NCBI GenBank assembly: GCA_964436005.1
Contig: CAYTBK010000001.1
Coordinates: forward strand, 21,526-85,525
From: an uncultured Acidobacteriota bacterium
Lineage (GTDB): Bacteria; Acidobacteriota; JAAYUB01
Reading direction: 5' to 3'
Length of the DNA: 64,000 bases
Shown: positions 10,712-19,629 of the stretch, in pieces
Layout: each line of letters opens with the position of its first letter
Position numbering within the stretch: the first letter of the stretch is position 1
Notes under the pieces: model-generated
Database searches by the model: none
What the model was told of the DNA's origin: nothing
The model's input: only the letters and a program-made list of their open reading frames with translations
Program-made: the position numbers and the translations under genes

Positions 10712-10740
10712 ATTATACCCGCGGCGGCGCCCCGCCGCAA
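10712..10740 (-). promoter_or_regulatory. putative sigma70-type promoter for FDP-rubredoxin (-35 TTGCGG, 17-nt spacer, -10 TATAAT)
   Basis: Read on the minus strand: TTGCGG-N17-TATAAT, roughly 50 nt upstream of the ATG. Confidence 0.4.
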
Positions 10741-10988
10741 CAGGGCGCCGCGCGAATGGGGGCCGTCGGCCGTACCGCCGGCCCGCCTTGATGCAATGCG
10801 CGCCCAGGCTGGTGGTCCGGTTCCCTTTGATGTGTCTGTGTCTTGGTGGCAAAGTGGCCCGGGTACCCCCGAAACGCCGCCCCGTCGCCCTACCCTGAAA
10901 AAAAGCGAAAAAGCGAAATGAATTGCATTGCACGGAGAAATCCGCTTATACTTCGTGTTTGATTTTGTTTGAGCGAGGTTTTAGCACC

Positions 10989-11990
10989 GTGAACGAACCA
11001 AAAGTCAAGATTTCCGCCATCGAGATGTTCATCCCCGAAAAAGTCCTCAACAACAAGGACTTCGAGCGGATGGTGGACACGACCGACGAATGGATCATGG
11101 AGCGCACCGGCATCCGGGAGCGCCACGTGGTGGACCGGGAGAAAGGCGAGACGAACTCCGACCTGGCCGCCGGCGCCATCCGCAAACTCTGCGAAAAGCG
11201 CGGCATCTCCCCGCTGGACATCGACATGATCATCATCTGCTCGGTCACCCCGGACATGTTCTTCCCCTGCACCGCCTGCCTGGTCCAGGAGAAGATCGGG
11301 GCCAAGAACGCCTGGGGCTTCGACCTTTCCGGCGCCTGCTCCGGCTTCCTCTTCGGCCTGGCCGTCGGCGAGAAGTTCGTCCGCACCGGGACGCACCGCA
11401 AGGTGGTGGTGGTCGGGTCGGAAGTCATGTCCTCCATCATCGACTACACGGACCGCGCCACATGCGTGCTGTTCGGCGACGCGGCCGGCGCCGCCCTGCT
11501 GGAACCGGCCGAGGACGGCGAGGTCGGGATCGTGGACACCATGCAGCGCTGCAACGGGGCCGGCGGCAAGTTCCTCTACATGCCGGCCGGCGGCAGCATG
11601 AACCCCTCCTCCCACGAAACCGTGGACAAGAAGATGCACTACGTCCACCAGGAAGGCCGCCAGGTGTTCAAGGCCGCCGTGGTGGAAATGGCCGACATCA
11701 CGGAAAAGATCATCAAGAAACACAACCTGACCCCGGCCGACATCAAGCTGTTCGTCCCCCACCAGGCGAACCTGCGCATCATCGCCTCCTGCCAGGAAAA
11801 GCTCGGCCTGCGCGACGACCAGGTCATCACCAACATCGACCGTTACGGCAACACGACCTCCGCCACCATCCCCATCTGCCTGGTGGAAGCCTCCCGCGAC
11901 GGCCGTATCCAGAAGGGCGACTGGGTTGTCCTGGCGGCCTTCGGCGCCGGCTTCACCTGGGCCAGCGTCCTGCTGCGCTGGGAAATTTAG
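10989..11990 (+). CDS. fabH: 3-oxoacyl-ACP synthase III FabH
   Basis: It aligns over its length to FabH (...MVDTTDEWIMERTGIRERH..., Cys-His-Asn triad context). The likely GTG start is at 10989 (VNEPKVKISAIEMF). The upstream ATG at 10923 would add an implausible 22 residues. Confidence 0.85.
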   Translation: MNEPKVKISAIEMFIPEKVLNNKDFERMVDTTDEWIMERTGIRERHVVDREKGETNSDLAAGAIRKLCEKRGISPLDIDMIIICSVTPDMFFPCTACLVQEKIGAKNAWGFDLSGACSGFLFGLAVGEKFVRTGTHRKVVVVGSEVMSSIIDYTDRATCVLFGDAAGAALLEPAEDGEVGIVDTMQRCNGAGGKFLYMPAGGSMNPSSHETVDKKMHYVHQEGRQVFKAAVVEMADITEKIIKKHNLTPADIKLFVPHQANLRIIASCQEKLGLRDDQVITNIDRYGNTTSATIPICLVEASRDGRIQKGDWVVLAAFGAGFTWASVLLRWEI

Positions 11991-12012
11991 TTACATCAAT
12001 TATTTAAAGCAC

Positions 12013-12050
12013 AAAGAAAGCGTCGCCCGAGCGACGCTTTCTTTCTTTTG
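12013..12050 (+). terminator. rho-independent terminator after fabH
   Basis: Perfect 14-bp stem AAAGAAAGCGTCGC / GCGACGCTTTCTTT with a CCGA loop, followed by CTTTTG. Confidence 0.65.
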
Positions 12051-12184
12051 CACGCCAGAAGGTAAAGAAGCGGGTAGACAAAGACGCAAGACCCACATCG
12101 CAACCGGGTCATTACTTCCGAGGCGATGGCCAGGCGGGGCAACGGGACGGGAATCTCTCGTTTCGACGCTGTAAGTCTTTTGTC

Positions 12185-12213
12185 TTGACAGTAAACAGCA
12201 GAACGCTTAGAGT
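12185..12213 (+). promoter_or_regulatory. sigma70-type promoter for the polysaccharide locus (-35 TTGACA, 17-nt spacer, -10 TAGAGT)
   Basis: Read directly. It lies about 105 nt upstream of the first glycosyltransferase gene. Confidence 0.5.
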
Positions 12214-12317
12214 GCGCCTTTGCAGTCAACGGATCCCCATGGAAGACCAGGCCGCTAGGATATGGGCGATTCGAGCCGGTTAGCGGCGGTTCCTGTTTTT
12301 CTGGAAGCAACCCGACC

Positions 12318-13490
12318 ATGCCAAGCGACAATCCAGCCAAAGTCTGCCATTTTTCCAGTGTTCACAACAATATGGACACTCGCCTGTTTCATCGCGAGTG
12401 CGTCAGCCTGGCCCGCTGGTACAACGTGACCGCCATCGGCCTGGGAACGGGAGAAGAAACCTGCCATGGAGTGCGCCTGGTCGGTCTCTGCAAACCGCGC
12501 AACCGCCTGTTCCGGATGATTCGGACCACGCATCAGGCATACCTCCAGGCCCGGCGGATGGAAGCAGACCTGTACCATTTCCACGACCCGGAACTGATCC
12601 CCTGGGCCTGGCGCCTGCACCGGAGCGGGAAACCGGTCGTGTACGACATTCACGAAAACATGTTCGAAAGCCTCAAAAGCAAAGACTGGCTCCCGTTCAA
12701 GACATTCTTTTCCTGGTGCTATGCGCGCATGGAAGCCTGGGCCGCCCGGCGTTTCCATTTCGTTCTGGCGGAGCGTTCCTACCAGGATGTTTACAAAATA
12801 AAATACCCGTGGAAGGGTTGCACCTTGGTCCAAAATTTCACCCCCCCGGGTTTCCTACATCATTACCAAAAGACCAAACGTCCGGTAGACCCCCTGCAGA
12901 TCTTCTACATGGGGAGTCTTGACTCGTCCTACTGCCTCGAACCCATGCTGGACTCCATCCGAGAACTCCGTCGCCGGCACCGTCCCGTCCGGTTGATATT
13001 GGTGGGGCGTTTGGAGAATCCTCTGCGTGCAGCAATGGAGCAACGATGTTGCCAACATGGGATCGGGGACCTCGTCGAGTTCTGCGGGCACCTCGATTTC
13101 CAACAAGGCTACGCCAGGTCCGTGGACTGCGCCTGCGGCTACTGTTTTGTTGGAGACAACGCCAACATGACGGAATCGGTCCCCCGCAAACTCTACGAGT
13201 ACCTGCAAGTCGGATTGCCGGTCATCAGTTCAGGCTTCCCCTTGTATCGGTCGATCGTGGAGTCCAACAACCTGGGCGTCTGCATACCGGAATGCACGGG
13301 CAACGCCATCGCCGATGCCGTGGAGCAGTTGGTGAGCGACCCGGATGAACTGAACCGGAAAGCCGCCAATGCAGTGTGGACCAGTGAAAACCGATACGAT
13401 TGGGAGACCCAGGCCCAAAAGCTGCGGGACTTGTACCAGGCGATCCTGACCGTTCGCAGGCGTGAGCATCCCGCCGGAACATGCCGGTAG
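12318..13490 (+). CDS. glycosyltransferase family 4 (GT-B, retaining)
   Basis: 390 aa with the GT4 architecture. The C-terminal EX7E-like region (ESVPRKLYEY) is present. Confidence 0.8.
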   Translation: MPSDNPAKVCHFSSVHNNMDTRLFHRECVSLARWYNVTAIGLGTGEETCHGVRLVGLCKPRNRLFRMIRTTHQAYLQARRMEADLYHFHDPELIPWAWRLHRSGKPVVYDIHENMFESLKSKDWLPFKTFFSWCYARMEAWAARRFHFVLAERSYQDVYKIKYPWKGCTLVQNFTPPGFLHHYQKTKRPVDPLQIFYMGSLDSSYCLEPMLDSIRELRRRHRPVRLILVGRLENPLRAAMEQRCCQHGIGDLVEFCGHLDFQQGYARSVDCACGYCFVGDNANMTESVPRKLYEYLQVGLPVISSGFPLYRSIVESNNLGVCIPECTGNAIADAVEQLVSDPDELNRKAANAVWTSENRYDWETQAQKLRDLYQAILTVRRREHPAGTCR

Positions 13491-13530
13491 GGCCGCTGGA
13501 TCAACCGATGGGATCCTCTCGCAACACGAC

Positions 13531-15036
13531 ATGAACACGGAAATAGCCGGTTTTGCGGGAATGATGAAGGCCAGTGGCTTGACGGGCGCGGGCAAGCTGG
13601 CAGATACATTTCTCCGGTATCTGACGCTGCTCGCCATGGCCCGCATGCTGGGCGCCGAGGCTTTGGGGATATTCATTCTGGCACGCACCACAGCCATGTC
13701 GCTCAGTACCGTGGGAAGCCTGGGAATGGGCTACGGCGCGGTGCAGCAGATCGCCTTCCATTCGGCCCGGAAAGACGAGGACAGCGTCCAACAGTGCCTC
13801 CGGATCGTCCTGTTGCTTCCCCTGCTGTGCAGCGTGGCCGTCGCCCTGGCCTTGTATGGATGCTCCGGCACCATCGCCCAGACTCTGTTCCACAAGCCCG
13901 CCCTGGCGATTCCGCTGCGTTTCCTGGCTGTTTCTGTGCCCCTCATGACCTTTGCGTACATCCTCCTGGAAGCTTTGCGCGGTTTCCATTCAATCGCCCA
14001 GCGGGTGGTCCTGGAGTTCTACCTCCTCCCCCTCTCGAATCTCGCCTTCCTGTTTCTGTTCTATGCTTTTGGTTGGCGTCTCGAAGCGGCCGTGATGTCG
14101 TTCACCCTTTCATACTTCGTCACCGCTCTGGCCGCCTGGCGCCATTTCCGACCGATGTTTCGGCGGAAAAGTCCGCACGCCCTTTTCAAAAAGGATTTTT
14201 TCTGGAGCTTTTTCCGTTTTTCCCTTCCCCTCACCTTCCTGAACCTTTTTCTGGAGATCAGGCTGCGAATCGATGTGCTCCTGCTGGGCATGCTGCGCAC
14301 GGCGGCCGACACCAGCGTGTATTTCGTCGGGGTGCGCCTCGGGTATTTTCTCTCCATCCCGCTACAAGCCTCACACATGGTTTTCGCGCCCATGATTTCC
14401 AGCGACTACGCCCGGGGAGACGTCTCTCGCATCGAATCCAACTACAAGAACATCACCAAGATGTTATTCATCGGAAGCATGTTCTGCGGAGGTTTCGTTT
14501 TACTTTTCTCCCGGGAATTCCTGACCCTGTTCGGAGAAGACTTCATCCGGGGCCTGGACGTCGTGGTGCTGGTCTGCTTAGGGCAGATCGTGAAAACCGC
14601 CATTGGCAACGCGGGCCCGATGCTGGTCATGATCGGGAAGTCCACCGCCAACCTGGCGGTCATGATTTTCACCTTGACCCTCCTGGTCCTGCTGAACCTG
14701 CTTCTCATCCCATGGTTGGGGCTGACGGGGGCCGGCATCGCCAATTTCACCGCCGTGACCTTTTCCAGCGTGCTGGAAGTCTGCCTCGTCTACCATTACC
14801 TGCACATCCATCCTTTCCGCCGGGATTTTCTGAAACCGGTGGCCGCGGCAGTCACGTCGGCCGCCCTGGTGTTCGCCGTCAAACAAGCCCTTCCATCCGG
14901 CAATTTCTGGACGGTCGCTTCGATGGCACTGTTTTGCCTCCTGTACGCCACCAGCCTCGCTCTGCTACAATTCACGCCTCAGGAACGCGACCTGCTGGCA
15001 GCGTTGAAGCGCAAAGCGCTCAAATGGACGAGGTGA
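13531..15036 (+). CDS. Wzx-type polysaccharide flippase (MOP superfamily, polysaccharide biosynthesis protein family)
   Basis: About 500 aa and polytopic (12 or more predicted TM segments). The start MNTEIAGFAG lies inside ORF 13462..15036. Confidence 0.75.
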   Translation: MNTEIAGFAGMMKASGLTGAGKLADTFLRYLTLLAMARMLGAEALGIFILARTTAMSLSTVGSLGMGYGAVQQIAFHSARKDEDSVQQCLRIVLLLPLLCSVAVALALYGCSGTIAQTLFHKPALAIPLRFLAVSVPLMTFAYILLEALRGFHSIAQRVVLEFYLLPLSNLAFLFLFYAFGWRLEAAVMSFTLSYFVTALAAWRHFRPMFRRKSPHALFKKDFFWSFFRFSLPLTFLNLFLEIRLRIDVLLLGMLRTAADTSVYFVGVRLGYFLSIPLQASHMVFAPMISSDYARGDVSRIESNYKNITKMLFIGSMFCGGFVLLFSREFLTLFGEDFIRGLDVVVLVCLGQIVKTAIGNAGPMLVMIGKSTANLAVMIFTLTLLVLLNLLLIPWLGLTGAGIANFTAVTFSSVLEVCLVYHYLHIHPFRRDFLKPVAAAVTSAALVFAVKQALPSGNFWTVASMALFCLLYATSLALLQFTPQERDLLAALKRKALKWTR

Positions 15037-15037
15037 C

Positions 15038-16042
15038 ATGATCAGGTTCTGGTTCAGCAAGGAAGCCTTGACGGGGGGGAACATATACAACCGCATGGCC
15101 ATGGACGTGCTGCGAGCGCGGGGGGTCGAAATCCGGGAGGAACTGGGCTACACCTCCTATCGGGGGAAAGGGTTCTCCTACGTCAACGGCATGTACTTGC
15201 ACTGCTGCAAGTCTAGCGGTTTGCATGACATTGACATCATGGACTATGGCACTTCCACCTGGTCCTCGCGCAGGTTCAAGGGAAGGAGAATCATCACTCT
15301 TTTTCACTACGACCCGGACGAGCAAGGCAAAGCCTGGCGTTACCGCTTTTTTTTCAAACGTTTTCTGCGCGCGGCAAAAAACGCGAAAATCGTCGTCATC
15401 TCCAGGCATTGGAAGCGGTACCTCGAAGAGCAGGGCATTGCGAATCTCGCTTTGATCCCCTGCGCCTTCGACACGTCCAGGTACCAGGCTTCCTGTCAGC
15501 GGGAGGAACTTCTTCAGCGTTTCGGATTGCCCGACCTCCCCATCGTCTACTTGGGAAAGAACTCGCGCCCCAAGACGCTATCTGCCTACCGGAGCCTGCA
15601 ACATCTGTCGGGCGAATGCCTTCTCGTGACGTCGGGACCAACCCGGGAGTTCAGCGGGCCCGTGCATCTCTCCCTGGATTTTCCGGACTACGTTTCCCTC
15701 CTGCACCATGCCTGCGTGACGGTTGTGATGCCCGACTTCGCGGAAGGGTGGAGCCGGATTGCGCACGAGAGCGTGCTGTGCGGCACACCCGTTCTGGGGA
15801 ACGGACGTGGAGGAATGGGGGAACTGCTGGAGACACTGAACCAGACCCGCATCACGCCGAGCGATTCCGCCACCCTGGTCGCCGCCGTTCGGTCAGCCAT
15901 CGCCAACGCGGGGAGGGTGCCCGAACCCGATCGGCAACGAGCCGGCGACTACGACCTCAAGGCCTTCGGCGACCGTTGGCTGGACGTGGTCTGCGAAGTC
16001 GCCGAGGGTCTGCCGGCCGGAGCGAAGGGGAAAACCCGGTGA
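15038..16042 (+). CDS. glycosyltransferase (GT-B, GT4-like)
   Basis: 334 aa. The ATG is 1 nt after the wzx stop. The C-terminal GT-B half carries an acidic motif. Confidence 0.6.
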   Translation: MIRFWFSKEALTGGNIYNRMAMDVLRARGVEIREELGYTSYRGKGFSYVNGMYLHCCKSSGLHDIDIMDYGTSTWSSRRFKGRRIITLFHYDPDEQGKAWRYRFFFKRFLRAAKNAKIVVISRHWKRYLEEQGIANLALIPCAFDTSRYQASCQREELLQRFGLPDLPIVYLGKNSRPKTLSAYRSLQHLSGECLLVTSGPTREFSGPVHLSLDFPDYVSLLHHACVTVVMPDFAEGWSRIAHESVLCGTPVLGNGRGGMGELLETLNQTRITPSDSATLVAAVRSAIANAGRVPEPDRQRAGDYDLKAFGDRWLDVVCEVAEGLPAGAKGKTR

Positions 16043-17349
16043 CAGCCCATCTATTCAAAGAAGGCCGCCTTCCCGACCAGGCCGCCTGGATCCTTTTTTC
16101 CCTCCTTCTCAACACGCTGCTGTTTAATTGCCGGTTTTCCTCAACGGTCAACCTGTACCTGTCCGACATTTTCCTCGTGGGCCTGCTCGGGCTGGCGGCC
16201 CTCCGTTGGAGATCTGTGCTGGAGCCGTCGAACCGGGTTTGGGGTTTTCTGTTCGGCAGCCTGCTCCTCTACTATTCAATCCTGAGCGTCTATGCCTGTT
16301 TCGCCCCGGGATACAAAGGCACCCTGATCGTGGGTCACTTTCGCTACCTTTTCTTCTACCCGCTGGCTTTTTTCGCCGGTCTGAGCTTCACGATCTCCGC
16401 CGCCGCCAGGGAACGATATGTGCTGTTCATCCAAGTACACGTTCTGCTGGCCATGGTTTCCGGAATGATCGGAATATCGTTCCCGGGCTTGGCCCTGACC
16501 AGCGTGTACGAGGGAGGAAGAATCGTCCCGCCGCAATATTTCATGCTGGTAACGCCGGAGACTGCGCTCCTGTGCTGCTTCCTCTTCGCCCATGCGGCCC
16601 TTTCCCTCGCGACGGGGCGCGGGGCCCGGCCCCGGCACGTCTTTTTTCTGGCGGCCAGTCTGGCCGGCATCCTCGGAACCCAGAACCGAAGCGTGCTGAT
16701 CACGTTGCTTCTGACGACCGGCCTCCTTTTCTGGGCCGGGCGCAAGGCGGGACCGGAAACGCGGACACGCCTGAAGGGGCCGCTGCTCGCCATGGCGCTC
16801 CTGCTGGGGTGTTTCAGCCTGGTCGGTTTCCTGTCCCCCCTGAGGGAAAAATTCCAGAAAAGGTTCGACGACACGATCAGTTTTTTTACCAACGAAAAGC
16901 CCTTTTTCCGCACCATCCCGGGAATACGCCTGGCGCGGAGCCTGGAGACAATCAGGGTGTGGAAAGAATCGCCCCTTCTGGGACAACGCTGGGGGGAAAC
17001 GCCACCTGTTTTCCCGATCCGGGACTGGTCCGGCAAGGTGCTTAAAACCCTCGGGGGGACATCGCACAACTACTACCTGGTTCTCCTGTACAGCACTGGC
17101 CTTGTCGGCTTCGCCCTGGTGATGCTCCTGCACTGGATACTGGGCGGGAAAGTCCGGCCAACCTCAGGGCTGGATGGTCCCAACGTCATTTCCTACGCCC
17201 TGTACCTGTTCTATGCAGGCGTCATGGTGCATGCCGTCGCTAACGTCCAATTGTACGGCCACCCGGTGTTCATCCCCGTCTTCTTCTTCCTCCTGGGTGC
17301 AGCCGCCGCTCGCTTCCCGGCCGTTGCGGAGCAGGAGGCGCAACCGTGA
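16039..17349 (+). CDS. O-antigen polymerase/ligase family protein (Wzy-like), copy 1
   Basis: GTG start overlaps the previous stop (GTGA). It is polytopic, with the Wzy_C-like motif GTSHNYYLVLLYSTGLVGFALVML. The GC-rich 5' part of track ORF 15409..17349 is excluded. Confidence 0.65.
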   Translation: MTAHLFKEGRLPDQAAWILFSLLLNTLLFNCRFSSTVNLYLSDIFLVGLLGLAALRWRSVLEPSNRVWGFLFGSLLLYYSILSVYACFAPGYKGTLIVGHFRYLFFYPLAFFAGLSFTISAAARERYVLFIQVHVLLAMVSGMIGISFPGLALTSVYEGGRIVPPQYFMLVTPETALLCCFLFAHAALSLATGRGARPRHVFFLAASLAGILGTQNRSVLITLLLTTGLLFWAGRKAGPETRTRLKGPLLAMALLLGCFSLVGFLSPLREKFQKRFDDTISFFTNEKPFFRTIPGIRLARSLETIRVWKESPLLGQRWGETPPVFPIRDWSGKVLKTLGGTSHNYYLVLLYSTGLVGFALVMLLHWILGGKVRPTSGLDGPNVISYALYLFYAGVMVHAVANVQLYGHPVFIPVFFFLLGAAAARFPAVAEQEAQP

Positions 17350-18398
17350 AGAGCTTGTTGCTGTTCGACGCGGAAGTGCAGCCATATCGCCAGCCCATCT
17401 ACGAATGGCTGGCCGGGGAGTTTGCCCGGCATGGGTACCGTCTCCACATCGTCTACGACACCCGAAGAAACCACTTGGCGGGCGGGTTGTACACCGGCGT
17501 CCGCTTCAGTTTCCGCTCTTTTCGGAGAATTGCCGCCGAACACGATTGCCGTGTGATGATCCTGTTCGTCTGGCTCCGGTACAAATTTTTGCTCCCCTTC
17601 ATGATGTACGCCCGGTGGAAGGGGATTCGCATGGTATCCTGGTGCCACGGAATTAATTTACAGAAGAAAGATCAATTTTGGGTGAACAAGCTTTACTATA
17701 TCCGGCAGAAGCTGGCCCATGCCGTTCTCCTGTACTCGGAAAGCGAGAGGAAACATGTGCGCACCAAGGCTGCCAAGGTTTTCGTCGCGAACAACACCCT
17801 GAATTTCGAGGCAATCCCGTCCATCCTGTCCTCCCGAGAGGAGTTGAAGGAAAAGTACGGTCTCGCGGGAAAGAAGGTGGTGCTGTGCGTAGGTCGGATG
17901 GACGTCAACAACCGCAAACCCCAGTACCTGGTTGACGGCTTCGAGCGGTTCCCTTTTCCGGGAGGCTTCCTCCTGCTGGTCGGGCCGGGACTTGACCCAG
18001 TCCTGGTTCGCCGAATGGAGAACCGGGAAAACATGCGCGCGGTTGGACCCATTTACGATCCCATCCCCGTCAACGAATTGTTTCGGCTAGCGGACGTGTT
18101 CTGCATGCCGGGCGCCATCGGCCTGGCGATAAACCAGGCGTTTTATCATGGGCTACCCGTTGTGCTGGAAAACGTGAATCACGGGCCGGAAGGCATCTAT
18201 TTCCAGGAAGGGCGAAATGGCCTGCTTTTCCGCGAAGGGGATGTTGAAGACATGATGGCAAAGCTGAAACAGCTTTGCAGCGATGAAGCCCTTCAGCAGT
18301 CCTTTTCCGCCCAGGCGAAAAAAACGGTGGGCCGGCAGGCCCGGATGGATCTGATGCTGGCCGGGTTTCTCCAGGCGGTCCGTTATGCAGAACACTGA
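17346..18398 (+). CDS. glycosyltransferase family 4
   Basis: 350 aa. GTG start overlaps the upstream stop. It has a GT4 C-terminal domain. Confidence 0.8.
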   Translation: MKSLLLFDAEVQPYRQPIYEWLAGEFARHGYRLHIVYDTRRNHLAGGLYTGVRFSFRSFRRIAAEHDCRVMILFVWLRYKFLLPFMMYARWKGIRMVSWCHGINLQKKDQFWVNKLYYIRQKLAHAVLLYSESERKHVRTKAAKVFVANNTLNFEAIPSILSSREELKEKYGLAGKKVVLCVGRMDVNNRKPQYLVDGFERFPFPGGFLLLVGPGLDPVLVRRMENRENMRAVGPIYDPIPVNELFRLADVFCMPGAIGLAINQAFYHGLPVVLENVNHGPEGIYFQEGRNGLLFREGDVEDMMAKLKQLCSDEALQQSFSAQAKKTVGRQARMDLMLAGFLQAVRYAEH

Positions 18399-19620
18399 CG
18401 ACGCCGATCGGATCGAGAACACGGTAAACCGGTTCGTCGGCTGGTTGCGCAGTTACGGTTACACCTCATACGACCAATTCGACTTCTGGGGATCCGCGCT
18501 CGGGGTGTTCGGGAAACGACTGTTTCTCAAGAACAAGATGGCAGCGGCCCCCCTCGTGCTGGGGTTGCAGTTGCTGGAGAGCTTCCTGCCCCGGGCCAGG
18601 TGCCTTTTCGCCACGAAGAAACGTTTCGCCATCGGTGACGCACATTTCGCCCTGGGTTTCCAGAACCGCTTCCGACTCCGGCAAAGGCCGAAGGACCTGG
18701 AAGAATCCCGGCGGCTCCTGCAGGCCCTGCTCTCTTGCGCCACCCCCACGCCCGGAGGGATGGGCTGGGGATACCCATACACCTGGGTCACCGCCTCGGT
18801 GGAATACCCGCCCGGAACCCCCTTCGTCACGGTCACCCCTTACGGCTATGATGCCCTCGTAGGAATGCACGATTTGACCGGCGAAGATCAGTGGCTGGCG
18901 GCAGCCCGGAGCGTCGCCGGTTTCGTGGCAGACGACCTGGCGGAAACCGTCCTTCCCGACGGGGCAGTAGCCGCAGGGTACGGGTTAGGGGACCACAAGC
19001 AGGTGGTCAACGCCAACGCCTACCGGGCCGCCCTCCTGCTGGACGCGCACCACCGTTTCGGCGAAACGCCCTGGCGCGACAAGGCTCTGGGCAACCTGCG
19101 CTTCGTCCTCGGGCAACAGCGTCCAGACGGGTCATGGCCCTATGCGCCTGACGAGCCGTTCATCGACCACTTCCACACCTGTTTCGTTCTCAAGAATCTC
19201 TACCGCAGCTACCAGGTCATGAAAGACCCCGACCTCTTGGCCGCGGTGAACCACGGGTACGCCTACTATCGCCGGCGCCTGTTCCGAAGCGATGGATCGC
19301 CTCGTCACTTCGCTCGGTCCACCCGGCCCAAGTTCCGCCGGATCGAGATGTACGACTACGCGGAAAGCATCCTGCTGGGCGTCCTGCTGCGGGACGAGAT
19401 CAAGAATGCCCTCCCCTTCTCCTTGGCGTTGGCAGGGCAGCTCGTCGGAAAATACCAAATGTCCGCCGGGTATTTCGTCACCAGGGTCACCCCGCTGCGC
19501 ACCCGCAATACGGTCCCCTACCTCCGCTGGCCCCAGGCCCAGTTGTTCCACGCCCTGACCGCCCTGCTCCTGGCCCTCTCCCCCAGTTGCCCCAAGATAC
19601 CGGACCAGACTGAACGCTGA
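18385..19620 (+). CDS. conserved hypothetical protein (possibly alpha/alpha-toroid, lyase/hydrolase-like)
   Basis: 411 aa. It has no TM segments and no recognisable catalytic motifs. It is Trp/Tyr-rich. Confidence 0.6.
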   Translation: MQNTDDADRIENTVNRFVGWLRSYGYTSYDQFDFWGSALGVFGKRLFLKNKMAAAPLVLGLQLLESFLPRARCLFATKKRFAIGDAHFALGFQNRFRLRQRPKDLEESRRLLQALLSCATPTPGGMGWGYPYTWVTASVEYPPGTPFVTVTPYGYDALVGMHDLTGEDQWLAAARSVAGFVADDLAETVLPDGAVAAGYGLGDHKQVVNANAYRAALLLDAHHRFGETPWRDKALGNLRFVLGQQRPDGSWPYAPDEPFIDHFHTCFVLKNLYRSYQVMKDPDLLAAVNHGYAYYRRRLFRSDGSPRHFARSTRPKFRRIEMYDYAESILLGVLLRDEIKNALPFSLALAGQLVGKYQMSAGYFVTRVTPLRTRNTVPYLRWPQAQLFHALTALLLALSPSCPKIPDQTER

Positions 19621-19629
19621 GGAGGGACC

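Noticed and set aside
12270-12300. Possible ops/JUMPstart (RfaH antitermination) element in the polysaccharide-locus leader
   Set aside because: Only a partial match is present (GCGGCGGTTCC versus the GGCGGTAG core). It is not convincing.
11996-12340. 114-aa minus-strand ORF in the fabH / GT4 intergenic region
   Set aside because: It lies across the terminator hairpin and the TTGACA/TAGAGT promoter. It has no SD and no family resemblance.
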